Shown: one piece after another, positions 12,964 to 23,767 of the stretch
Numbering within the stretch: position 1 is the first letter of the stretch
Layout: each line of letters begins with the position of its first letter
From: Minutocellus sp. GHC0000111
Taxonomy: Eukaryota
Assembly (NCBI GenBank): GCA_977018835.1
Contig: OZ361258.1
Span: 3,906,001 to 3,970,000 of the forward strand
Length of the DNA: 64,000 nt
Direction: 5' to 3'
Program-made: the position numbers and the translations under genes
The notes under the pieces: generated by a model
What the model was told of the DNA's origin: nothing
What the model saw: only the letters and a program-made list of their open reading frames with translations
The model's database searches: none

Positions 12964-14013
12964 ATGGCTCCCGTCGGCGACTTTTACGTCCATGTTCTCA
13001 ATCGAAACGAGGAACAAATTGCCAATGGTGCCGCTACTGCCAAGTTGATCTCATCGAAGTGGCTCATCACCCAAGTCGGCGGAGGCAAACCGGCGGTCAT
13101 CCACTTCTACGACGGCGGGTGAGGCGGGTGCCGCCCCTGCGCGGCGCAGATGGAGCGGTGGGCGAGGCAGTATCCCGGTGCCACGTTCCTGTGCGTCTGC
13201 GTCGACACGTTGGGGGTAGCACAGCAATTCGGTCGGATGTTCGGCCTGCGGGCGGCCGTCAACTGCCACATTCCCAGCCAGGAGTATCTGCCCCGTGGAT
13301 ACGGCCAGCTGGGATGCTCGGGATTTGTCGTCGCCGATGGAGAAGGCAACTTCCTCAGCCGCAAGACGAGGGCCTACCTCGACTACGGCGATGCGGCCTT
13401 TGCCCATGTCGAAGAGCTGCTTGCTGGCCAAGGCGTGAGCAAGGGATCCGGTATTCAGTCTTCTAATTCGACGACCAGCAACAAGGACGACCGTGTGGAA
13501 GCGGTGGCTGGTGCATCGGACCACGATGAAAAGAAAGAAGATTTACCTGCAGAAAAGGTGCCATCGGTTGGTGTGGATAGTATGGACGACGAGCACGAAC
13601 GCTGCGAGGCAGCCCTTGCCCTGCTACGCCAAACGAATTCGGTCAAGGCGCTGGAAGCTCTAATGGGTGAACTGATCCAGCATTTTGAGCACGAGGAGAA
13701 TCTAATGAAGGAACACAATTTTGGTATTGCTGACGACAAAAACACCTCCTTCTCTCCTTATACCTCTCATTGCAAGGACCACGAACGCATTCTCGATATA
13801 GGATTCCGTGCCTTGGCCAGGGCTCATGGCTACTCCAAAGGCACGCCGAGTCTTGGTGATTGCGAAACTGGTTCCTGACACAAATCTCCAAGCGATGCCC
13901 CCAGCAAGACAGTGGACTCGTCTGTCTACAAGGAAATCGCCGAAGCGTTTGCCACGCACGCCAACTTCTTTGACGTATTGTATAGCGGTGCCATCCCTTC
14001 ACAGGCGAACTAA
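12964..14013 (+). CDS. thioredoxin-fold/hemerythrin fusion selenoprotein candidate (349 aa) with two in-frame UGA codons (13120-13122, 13876-13878)
   Basis: One frame runs from ATG 12964 to TAA 14011-14013, interrupted only by two TGA. The first sits in PAVIHFYDGG-*-GGCRPCAAQMERWARQYPGATFLCVCVD (Trx-like). Hemerythrin ligands H211, H240/E244, H269/H273 precede the second TGA; H332/D337 (AFATHANFFDVLY) follow it. Two SECIS-like hairpins lie downstream. Confidence 0.85.
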
Positions 14014-14059
14014 GGTGTGATACCTTGCTATACCTTCTTTGTATTCGATCCTTCACGTG

Positions 14060-14140
14060 CCGCTTCCTTCTCACTGAATGAATTTCCATTATATAGCAAC
14101 AGTTGTTAGTGTGGAGATGAAGATGTGTCGAAGAAGACGG
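14060..14140 (+). other. SECIS-like element 1 (cis-regulatory RNA hairpin in 3' UTR)
   Basis: ATGAA (14078-82) ... TGAA (14118-21) GA-quartet core. Upper helix TTTCCAT/GTGGAGA; lower helix CCGCTTCCTTC/GAAGAAGACGG. Folded by eye. Confidence 0.7.
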
Positions 14141-14183
14141 CTAGCATTTCAATAAGTCTACAATCATTGTATATACTTGGCTC

Positions 14184-14272
14184 GGGTATTCCCACGATGA
14201 ATGAAATTCCACCGACTGAAGTTGATATATCTTGTCAGTTCTGGAAATGAATATCGCCAGGGAAACCTGCCC
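14184..14272 (+). other. SECIS-like element 2 (cis-regulatory RNA hairpin in 3' UTR)
   Basis: ATGAA (14201-05) ... TGAA (14248-51) core. Upper helix TTCCA/TGGAA plus GACTGA/TCAGTT, with AA at the loop entry; lower helix CGAT/ATCG and TTCCC/GGGAA. Folded by eye. Confidence 0.75.
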
Positions 14273-14380
14273 TAGATTCGTAAATATGCGATTTAATCAA
14301 CAGTTTTGGATTGTGCATAATAAATTAGGGAGGAAAGGAACTAGCTTATTGGTCTAATGTTAGTCCAAGCGAGGTCAACT

Positions 14381-15589
14381 TCATAAGCAGTCAATGTGTA
14401 TCAAACTGCATACAAACTCAATTGTTTTCTTCAATAATATGGCAGGTACCTGCCGTAGCTCGGCCATTTGTCCATCTGAATACATTGTAGAACTTGAACT
14501 TGTCGGTGTTGCACCTCTACTTGCTTCAATCGGATCATATGCATAGACTTGTTCGTAGACCCAATTTGGCCCCGTGTAAAGGATCGGCGCAGAATAAATT
14601 AGTTGGCTTTGTTCTTCTTCTGGGAAAACATGGCTTGACTTTCGAGCTTCTTGAACGAAAAATAGAGCTGTTTCTATCGAAGCCCGAACCGCATTCGGCG
14701 AATGCGGAGTGTTGGTATAGGACCCTTCCTTTAGAGACCATTCAAAACTTGCCTTTTCAGGGTGCCACTGCACTCCGTAAAAGGGGTAATTGTATGCCTC
14801 CATGGTCGACACTTCCCCTCCGCTGGCTGTGGCGACATTCGTCGATAGGACTCGAAAGATTGAGTTCAGAGCTGTATTCCTGTCATACTCGTCTAGGAGG
14901 AATCCATGGCTGTGCGAATTGAACGTAATGTTCTCTTTGGAGAGAGCAGTTACCAAATCAGGGTCCATGGAACCAAAGAGTCGGCTGGATGGTGCTTCGG
15001 GAGTGAAGTTGAGAGGAAGGGCAATGTTCGTTGCCTCAACGTCCAAGCTAATGACGCTACCACTTCCAGTCTCCAATACCGACAATTCTTCAAAGCCAAG
15101 GCACGTGCCCCAAATTGGATAATAGTCTCCATTGTCGTTTGCCTCCTTCGCCATATCCCACAACAACTTTCCCTCCTCGGTGTATATGTCATCCGGCAGG
15201 ATTCCTTGGCTCCCTCCGGGTAGCAGCAAACCACTCGTACGGTTGAATATTTCTCGGTAGTAGTCCTTGGATCTGCCAAGCAATACCGGGATGGCGCGAG
15301 CACCTGCCTGCCCGACCCAGTTCACGTAACTTGACGGCACCATCAGATCATACGCAGCGAGAGGACCAGTAGTTGTGATTGTGCTCGTTTGTTGAGCAAA
15401 GATGCCAATGACTGGGCGAAGGTTGGGGTTTTCACTGGTCTGCGTCTGCTGCCTTTGCTGTTGCCGCCGTTGCCGCAGTTGAGATTGTTGATCAGTCACC
15501 ATCTGAGCGGAGCCGGAAGAGGGGACCAACCAGCAAACAGCAAAAAGAAAAGTCGCGGCAATTCGCCGAGAGAACGGGATCTGTGGCAT
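14381..15589 (-). CDS. GGH: gamma-glutamyl hydrolase (peptidase C26), secreted/vacuolar
   Basis: Signal peptide, then RPVIGIFAQ, SYVNWVGQAGAR, GLLLPGG, PIWGTCLGFE (nucleophile Cys) and YPFYGVQWHPEK. Confidence 0.9.
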   Translation of the reverse strand: MPQIPFSRRIAATFLFAVCWLVPSSGSAQMVTDQQSQLRQRRQQQRQQTQTSENPNLRPVIGIFAQQTSTITTTGPLAAYDLMVPSSYVNWVGQAGARAIPVLLGRSKDYYREIFNRTSGLLLPGGSQGILPDDIYTEEGKLLWDMAKEANDNGDYYPIWGTCLGFEELSVLETGSGSVISLDVEATNIALPLNFTPEAPSSRLFGSMDPDLVTALSKENITFNSHSHGFLLDEYDRNTALNSIFRVLSTNVATASGGEVSTMEAYNYPFYGVQWHPEKASFEWSLKEGSYTNTPHSPNAVRASIETALFFVQEARKSSHVFPEEEQSQLIYSAPILYTGPNWVYEQVYAYDPIEASRGATPTSSSSTMYSDGQMAELRQVPAILLKKTIEFVCSLIHIDCL

Positions 15590-15900
15590 CGTCAAATCTG
15601 TGTGCATTCTGGTCAATGTGCGTTCCGTAATCTTTGAAAGTCCATGCGCGGTCTTTTCAGGTCAGATGCAGCGAATGAAGCCTGGCAATCTTTGTGGCAT
15701 GGCATGGCATGGCATGGCCATCAGGTCAGAAGAAGAGGCCAGAAGCAAAGCCCGCGATACGGCGCGGCGGACTGAAGGACAGACCAAAAAGATATGCTGT
15801 CGATTTCGGGTCAATTTTTGACATCGCCGCGAGATGGCCAACCAAACCAACCAACCCGAAGCGGCATGTCAACTAACGGTACATTACTTGCGACTACTTC

Positions 15901-17661
15901 ATGTTGCAGACGACAATGTCTGATCCTCAAGCACCCGCTGCTGCTGACGATGATGCTTCTCACGGCACCCTCGAATCGACGTTGTCGGCGGCGCTTGACA
16001 CCACCAGCACCGTCGCCCTAAGCAGCATCATTCGCGATGCTCTCCTTCGAGGGGAGGATATCACCAACACCTTCCGACGGTCACATGATGATATAAATAA
16101 TAACGCCAACGGACAAACTCAAGAAGAATCATCGGTGCAATCTACTCTTGCCTCCCAGCACTCCTTCATTTACGACGACGTTCAAAGTAGAATCTTAACC
16201 GCCGACCTTTTGGGGGGCGACATCAACCTCGACCCCCACGAGAAGAGGGCCATCTACCGCGAAATTCACGGCCGCAATGCCTCGGACGACGAAGATTCCG
16301 CCATGCACAGCAGGATTGAGCAACTCGAGCGCGAAATATGGAAACTTCCGAAAGAGGACAAGGCTGCCCTCATGAGAGTGCTGCGCAAGAACCCCCTCCT
16401 CTTTGTGGTATCGTCGCAGACGAAACTGTTCCTCTTATCGGAAGATTTTGACGCTGCTCGGGCTGCTCGGCGAATAGCTCGGTACTGGCAAAGACGGGAG
16501 GATTTATTCGGTGAAGAACATGTGCTGAAAGATGGCGATGTACCCACACCCAATCTTGAAGATTACAACCGGTTCTACTCGAGATGCGAAGACATTCTGG
16601 AGGTTGACGTTGCCGACGAGGAGGAACGCGCCATCGCACACGATTATATTCGTGCCGTTGATGACCAAAAGGTCAAGGCAATGGAGCAGGTCGTTGCACA
16701 AGCGCTCGAGAAGCGCAAAGATATTCTAAAATGGCTGATAGAGTGCAAACTAATCCAAATTCGGCAGGAAAAGCAAAACTCGTCGAATGATTCATCATCG
16801 ATGGTGATCGCAGGAAGCAGCGAAGAGAAAATGAGATTTATCAGATCCGAGTCCTTCGTTGAGAAGAAGGCTGCCTCCCGGCTAGTAAAGTGTTGGTCTT
16901 ATAAGTATGAGCTATTTGGACCAGCTGCTGCTAAAGGCATGACAAGAACAAATGAAGATTCACCTGGACAATTGAGTTGTGATCTTTCCAAGAAAATTTT
17001 GCTTGATGATGACCGCATGGCAGGCTGCCGGGAGCTCCTCGACCGTGAATTCTTACGGGTAATGCCAGATACAGATTCATTTGGTCGCGTCGTTGTTGTA
17101 TTTAATATGAAGAAGCTTACTGACGTTCTCGACGAGCTTAGTGATGGAGCAGAGGAAGCAACGATTGTAAGTGTGTGGCTGTTGCTCCATTTTGTGGTCG
17201 AACGAGAGATAGATTTTGTCTTGGAATCTTGTACATTTATATTTCACCTAACGCAATTCCTTTTCAACATCTCTCCTCAACTGGTTCAGATTAAAGCAAT
17301 TTGGTTTGTTCTTCAGGCTGCATCTGAGCGAAAGGAATGTCAGCGAAGCGGAATGGTGTTTCTTGCATATCTGCGAGGTGGTAACTCGGATCTTCTTTAT
17401 CGCTTTAAGCTCCGGGCTGCATGCCGAGACATTTTGCTCAGATGCATGCCCCTTCGTGTCAAAGCATTCCACTTCTTTTTCCCTTCCTCAACTTCCTGGT
17501 GGCAAGAGATGATATACGCATTGTTTAGGCATGCAGAGTCTCTTTATAGGAAACACGCCATTATACACACCGGATCATCTGCAGAACGAGAACTGGCGGT
17601 TCTCGAAAAATGTGGTCTATCTAAACGCATGCTGCCCACCGAGATCGGAGGGTTGGCCTAG
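15901..17661 (+). CDS. CRAL-TRIO-like lipid-binding-domain protein (diatom-expanded type); probable in-frame intron 17167..17289
   Basis: Two CRAL-TRIO N-type motifs (FLLSEDFDAARAARRIARYW..DLFG; FIRSESFVEKKAASRLVKCW..ELFG), DSFGRVVVVF, CQRSGMVFL, CMPLRVKAFH, LPTEIGG. A GTAAGT..CAG segment with a T-rich interior looks like an intron. Confidence 0.6.
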   Translation: MLQTTMSDPQAPAAADDDASHGTLESTLSAALDTTSTVALSSIIRDALLRGEDITNTFRRSHDDINNNANGQTQEESSVQSTLASQHSFIYDDVQSRILTADLLGGDINLDPHEKRAIYREIHGRNASDDEDSAMHSRIEQLEREIWKLPKEDKAALMRVLRKNPLLFVVSSQTKLFLLSEDFDAARAARRIARYWQRREDLFGEEHVLKDGDVPTPNLEDYNRFYSRCEDILEVDVADEEERAIAHDYIRAVDDQKVKAMEQVVAQALEKRKDILKWLIECKLIQIRQEKQNSSNDSSSMVIAGSSEEKMRFIRSESFVEKKAASRLVKCWSYKYELFGPAAAKGMTRTNEDSPGQLSCDLSKKILLDDDRMAGCRELLDREFLRVMPDTDSFGRVVVVFNMKKLTDVLDELSDGAEEATIVSVWLLLHFVVEREIDFVLESCTFIFHLTQFLFNISPQLVQIKAIWFVLQAASERKECQRSGMVFLAYLRGGNSDLLYRFKLRAACRDILLRCMPLRVKAFHFFFPSSTSWWQEMIYALFRHAESLYRKHAIIHTGSSAERELAVLEKCGLSKRMLPTEIGGLA

Positions 17662-17741
17662 CTATAACAGCTCGATGACAAATTGGATTGAGTAGCCAAA
17701 GAAATATGCTACTACTAAATTTAGTCAGCTAGTCCCTGCAC

Positions 17742-20700
17742 TTACAAGTGGTGGCCATCATCTCGAGAGCCACTTCGAGTATGCCCGATCCTAGCGATTG
17801 GTCTCTCGCGTCTACTCGATCCAAGCGCTGAAGTCGGCGGAGCAGATTGGCGCAATGCCGCGGCAGATACTCTATTTGCACTGCTACTGGGGTGCCGGTT
17901 GGTACTGCTGCGTTCCTTGCGTGGTTCAATGCGGTCGGAAGGATTGATTTGGGGCTTCTGGTGCTGCAAATTGCTTTGTGATTGGGGAGGCATCGAACGG
18001 CTATAGTCGGCTTGTTGCCTTTGCTGACTGCTTCGCACTCTTTGCAACCTTCGTCGCGATGATTCTCGGTCAACACTTACGCCACGTCCGCTGCTACTGA
18101 CTTGCTGCCGTGGTCTCCTCTCGGAAGAAGTGGTCGATGCTCTTTCGGCGTTTCTTGATCGTGAAGACGTTGAGCGTCTTTCGGATGGTATCTGACCATC
18201 ACGCCCATCCCGCGGCGATGCGCCAAGAATGGCCGGAGAAGCACCGTTTTCATTACCGCTACTACTCGCGGTCAATCTTGCTAGTTGCTCTTTAAGCATT
18301 TGGTTCTCGTGCCGCGTTGCCTTCAATGCTTGTGCCATCTTCTTGTTGAAACCTGCATAGTCAGCTGCCGGTGCGAGGCCCAATTTCTCAGACATTCGCA
18401 GGGTCTCTTGTTCGACGCTGATGTGAGATGCTTGCTCCGATTTATACATATCCTTGAGGGACCACATCATTTGCTGCATCTTCGATGGAGGGCCCTCAAA
18501 GACCAAAGGGGCTTCGTCGATGCTACCACTGTTTCGGACATTATGGGGCCGTGATACCTCTTGATGGGATTTCTCGAGGAGGGCAATTTCATCATCAAGG
18601 GCCTCCGACAAGTTGCGAAATTTCTCTTCGCGTTCCTTCCGATCTTCTGCATGCTTGTTGATCTGCTCCTTCAGAGTTGATATTTCTTTTGCATTCTTCT
18701 CCGCTGCCTCAATTTCAGCCTTCTCTCGTGCTTCCTTGACAATCTTCGCTTCTCTGACCTGGGCTTCATTCTGCAGACGAAGCTGTTTGAGCTCTTCTTG
18801 GAGCGCTGTGACTTCAGTATCTTTCTCTTTACGAAGGATTTCAAGATCACTGGTGAGCTTTGCTGTCTCCTCCTCACGAGTTGCATGCGTTGTTTCCAGA
18901 ACTTTCGAGTGGAACAGGTTTCAAAGAAATAATTTGATATTAGATTCAGAAGCGAGGCCAAAGAACAAGCAAACACAAAATTATGAAATACTGCAATCGA
19001 TTTGATTCGGCAAAGTGCCACTTACCGTCCATAAGCTTTGCAAGGTAGTCATGATGGCTGTCTCGGGTCTTTTTCAGCTCGTTCTTGAGGCGCATAATCT
19101 CAGATAGGTGCTCCTCTTGAACCCTCTCGACTTCATCTGTTAGCATTTCTCTTTCCATCCGAAGTGCCCGTTTCGATGCCTTGAGATCACCCTTGAGCTT
19201 TCGTATTTCAGCATCGCGGTCTGCGATAGCCTTTTCGTAATCGTTGCGCATGCCATCGACATCTTGCGCCTGAACCTCCTCTTGCGATTTAAGCTCTTTC
19301 TTCAGCTCTGCGACCTTTGCCTTACTTGCTTTGACTTCCAAATGTAGCTCTTCGTTCGATTTTTCCATTTCTGACAGCTTGGTTTTGGCCAGTTGCGATG
19401 CCGCCTGGGCAGCCTGCAAATTGCTTGTCAGTTCTCTATTCTCTTCATCGAATGCATTCGCATCAGTCTGCAGCTCTTCATTCTCGGCACGCAATTCTGA
19501 TATCTCCTTACGGAGGTAGTCAAACATGCTCTCCACTTCTTGCATCATATCCTCGTCCACTGGTTTCTTCAAATCTCGTCCCATGTCAACGTCGGCGTCA
19601 GCCTCTGGCGACAGAACGTGTACTTGTTCTTGCAACTGTGAGAGTCTATTCTCCATCCTCGCATTTTCAAGAAGTTCGGCGAGCTTCTCCCGAATGACAA
19701 TTTGGTTTCGTTTGTTTCGATAGTAGCGCTGGATGATGTAGGCTGCACATTTGACCTCGACGAAGTACCGTCTGTGCTTGATCATTCTCCATCTATAATA
19801 GTAAAAGTAAAATAATCGGGAAAAGAAGACACCGACAAAAGGAAAGGGAAAGGTTGAGTAAATATAATGTAGGGAGAGCCTGGCGGAGACAGAAAAACTC
19901 TGCATAAACGTGCACTCACCGGGCCTGAATGGCAGTAACTGCTCGGTTTTCTCGTCTCCACTCCAGTTCCCAAACGGCGAATAGACAACGGACGGCGCAC
20001 TGCAACGTAATGGCGGCTCTCTGTTTCTGTCGGAATGATCTGGTCGCGAGGTATGCTCGTCCTCTTGCTTGGATAACAATGGCCGCAAATCTCATTTCTT
20101 CATACCGTTTCCAAGCCATGATCAATCTCGCCCAAGTTTGTATGACAATCGCCCGGGAAGAAAAGTATTCCAATCGAATGCTCTCCAGACGCTCAAGAGC
20201 ACCGGCACGAAAGTAGACGTTGGTCTTTCCAAGAGCATACGGCATATCGTACCGGGAAGTGATGCCACAAAGCTTCATGAGGAGAAAATCGACTCGTTCC
20301 CTGATTGTACCGGAAAGTTTCATCTCATCCGGTGGAATGAGAATCTTGAAGCGTTCCATGACAGTGTCATAAGCCAAACGATTGGGGAAACTCTCCCGCG
20401 TAATAGCAATTGCTGTGACGAGGCCCGCACTTTGCAGTTGTGTCATCGTCATGGTGTGATTTGTTACTCCCGGGTCCATGTGATGATTCGGCTTGATGCA
20501 TCGGATATATCTGGTCTTTGTCTTCTCAATACACGCCATCAAGTCTGTTAGCTGTTTCTTGAAGGTCGTGATTACAGTGTGCTTTGTGGTGGCTCCACCT
20601 CTTCTCGGTGCACTCGCCATGGCATCCTGCACGGACGATGCCAACTGCTGAAACTCGCGCTGGATGGTTTTGTTGGTACTCTTGCATGCGCATTCCAGCA

Positions 20701-23096
20701 AACCTTGAGGTAATTTGTCGGTGTTACGTTCCACGAAATTGGAGGCATCATATGTTACGGCGCCAGCAAAATGCTGGATGCCAAATTCTGTAGCCAAATC
20801 TAATGGCTTCTGAATCAAGTGCTTGGAGTCGGCGTGCATAGTTTTGATGCGATAGACAAAGGCCGCGTCATTTCCCTTTGGTCGCTTGCACTCTTCGTTC
20901 AAAGATGTGATGAGGCCCATCCTTCCCTCGAGCAAGTCCAATACGCCCGAGTTATCGACCTTGGAGAAATCAAATTGTTCGATGCCTTCGGCCTCGTATT
21001 CCTCCTTTGTCTCCGCAAATATATCGACTGCATAGCGGTGCTGTAGCTTCTCGTTCGCATAATTGATGCACATTTGCTCAAACCGATTGGTCTCGAATCG
21101 CTCAAAGCAAAATATATCCAGCAAACAAATCTCCTGAAATTTGGTCCGTTTGGAAGCAGCGCCGCCGCCTCGACCTTCCGACGAGGGGACGTAGTTTGCC
21201 TCAGCTCGGGTATAGTCATTCATTTTGCCTACAAGTAGATCAAACAACCGAGCGTACAAATCCTTGGCCAAAGCATCACGTCCTTCCTTGGCATCGGCCG
21301 GGGTCAGCCCCGATTTGATCTCCTCGCCTCTCATCTTCATTGTGCGAACGGTTAGGGCCTGCGCAATGTCTTCCGCTGGTACGCCCATCACATCTGCGAG
21401 AAGATCCAGATCGTCTTCCGCGGTGATCACAGCCTGGTCCTGATGCTCTTCGTTCGGGTCCAGATCAAACGTTAGATTTCCCAGCTGCATTACCACGCAA
21501 AGGGCTCTCATCATGTCTCGCAGTTCTTCTTCTGCAATTCCAAACACCCCCAAAGCGGCTGCGGTACGGTCCCACCACTCGGCATCCGAGCGTCCCTCGA
21601 TCCCATCTATCTCACTTTCACCAATGCAAGCAAATGTGTCTGGGCTGGTCCCACCCAAGCCGTCCCAAATCCATGTCTTGACATCTTCCGGTGCAGCCAG
21701 GAGCTGGTAGAAGATGTGGTAGTTTCTCTCCCTGGCGCATGACCGACGACGCGACTCTTCTCCAATAAATAAGTGGTGCAGATGCTCCCAGCCAGAAGAC
21801 AGGCAGGAACCTCCCGCCGATGTGCCCGGGCCGACGACGACCCTTCCACGTCGAACTGCAGCCTCGTGAACTTGCCGAACCGGCTGGAATTGTCGTTCCG
21901 CACGGTCTTGGCATTGCCAAACGCCTCAAAGACGGGGTTGCTCTCCAGTACTCTCCGCACCGTTGAGCTGGCCGATTCGGCATTCTCGTGCTCCCTGGCC
22001 GTGGCGTGATAGTGCGGTCTGGTCCGTTCGACGGTGGCCAGGTGGGACATGACGATTTTGACAGTCTCCGTCTTGCCCGCTCCGGACTCGCCGCTCACCA
22101 GGATGCATTGGTTGCGCTTGTCGATGGCCAGACCTCGGTAGGCCAGGCAGGAGGTCTCGTACACGTGCGGGTCGTATCCCAATCGATCGTATTCCGACTT
22201 GTACGCTTTGGGATCTACCGAGGTGGAGGCTGTCCTGCTCTGCTGCTGCCCATCTACCGTGTCAGCCTGATCCTGATCCTGATTCTGATCCTGAGCAGAG
22301 TTCCATATCAAATGCTCGGAGTAGAAGTTGCGCTTGTCGGACGAGTACAGCCCATCGATCCATCGGAATGGATTCATCGCCACAACAATATCACCCACTC
22401 TTGTATAGGGCACGCCCCGCCCATGCCGTTCCTTGAGGTTGTACAGGATGGCCGCCTCGTGCAGGTTGGGCAGATCGGCCATGTCGCTCTTGCCAATGAG
22501 CCGACCTCTCCGATCGACGTTCTGCAATGGGAGCTGTCCGTTGGGATAGTCCGCCAGACGGACCGTCCGCTCGACGCGCGGCAGGGAGGAGTCCTGCTCG
22601 GCCGGCATCCGCGATCGGCGGCTGGCGCTGGTCATGCCCGTCATTACCGAGGACGAATCATCGCCGTCGCCCAAGCGCGAAAAGGAACCGTGTAATGACT
22701 CTCCGACAGCAGCTCCAGATCTTCCAGGTCGTCCGACCCCTCCTGCAGGACGGTCTGGTCGCGCCAGTCGCGGGGCAGGACGATGGCCACCGTCGCCGTG
22801 GCGCCGGCCTTGGCGGCCGCCTCGTTCTGTCCGCCGTTCATTTTGAGGCTTTGCAATTCGACGTTGTTGGCATCCTTGTGCTCGTTGTCGTGCTCCTCGT
22901 ATGCGCTCTCGGGCAGGTCGATGGAGATGACCTTGGCGGGCAGCCACGAGTACGATTCGTCCTGGACGTAGACGTACTGCTTTTGCTTGGCCGAATCGGC
23001 CCCGTGGGCCGACGAGTGGCCCATGCCGGTCGCGGCGTTGGCCGCCATGATCTGCCGGATCCGGTCCGTCGGCCGGCGGTGCGACGTCGACGGCAT
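17742..23096 (-). CDS. myosin heavy chain (motor, IQ motifs, coiled coil, S/R-rich tail); introns 19793..19919 and 18902..19025; apparent frameshifts ~22700 and ~21735
   Basis: DMADLPNLHEAAILYNLKERH, ILVSGESGAGKTET (P-loop), NPVFEAFGNAKTVRNDNSSRFGKF, YLLEKSRVV, LLDIF.FE.FETNRFEQMCINYANEKLQ, YIRCIKPN, and IQ repeats (IQTWAR, IQARGR, LQCAVR). Confidence 0.92.
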
Positions 23097-23767
23097 GATA
23101 GGAATCTTCCTATGAGAGGTACGCGTATCGTATGTTATGGTACGCTATGTTTCGGTGCTGTGTTTGGTTTGTCGACAATGTACCTGGTATGTGCAAGGGA
23201 GGGATGGGTACGTGCTCGTTTTTCTTCCTTCGTGTTCTCTCTGAGATTAAAACCAGCATGTAAAACCCAGCACGATAAATGCAAAAAGTTGTCGCAGGCT
23301 GGACTATCGATGCATGCACTGTCTCCGTGGTAGTACCAACTTGCTTTATGGGATGGCGCAGCTCTCTCTCATCAGCATCAACTCATCAACTCAGTCATCA
23401 ACTCCCTCTGCTCAATGGCTCGGCTCGCGGTCGCGGTCATCTTCGCGGGAAATCGGCGAGGTTAAAATTCCGCCGATCAGATGAAACATTCATGCCCCTC
23501 CCGCAACCGCGAAAAAGGCGGCGACATGGCGCGACATGGCGGAAGCGTCACTTCAGGTGTCAACACACGGTGCAATGGCCTTGAATGCCGATGATGCCGT
23601 ATCGAATCTTCAACCCTACTGGCATTCTACGTAGCGATTCGGGAGCCAGGGATCTGCTGATAAGTTTTCTCACGTAGGAGAGATCTGCATAATATCTTCC
23701 AGAGCAGTCTCAAGAAAAAGGAAAGATTCGCACATCACAACCAGGATTGCAACCGGAACCGCATGAC

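Noticed and set aside
13119..13149. Possible GTGAGG...GCAG intron removing the first TGA of the selenoprotein
   Set aside because: It is only ~31 nt, GC-rich, lacks a pyrimidine tract, would shift the frame and would delete the CRPC motif. Other introns here are ~90 nt or longer and T-rich.
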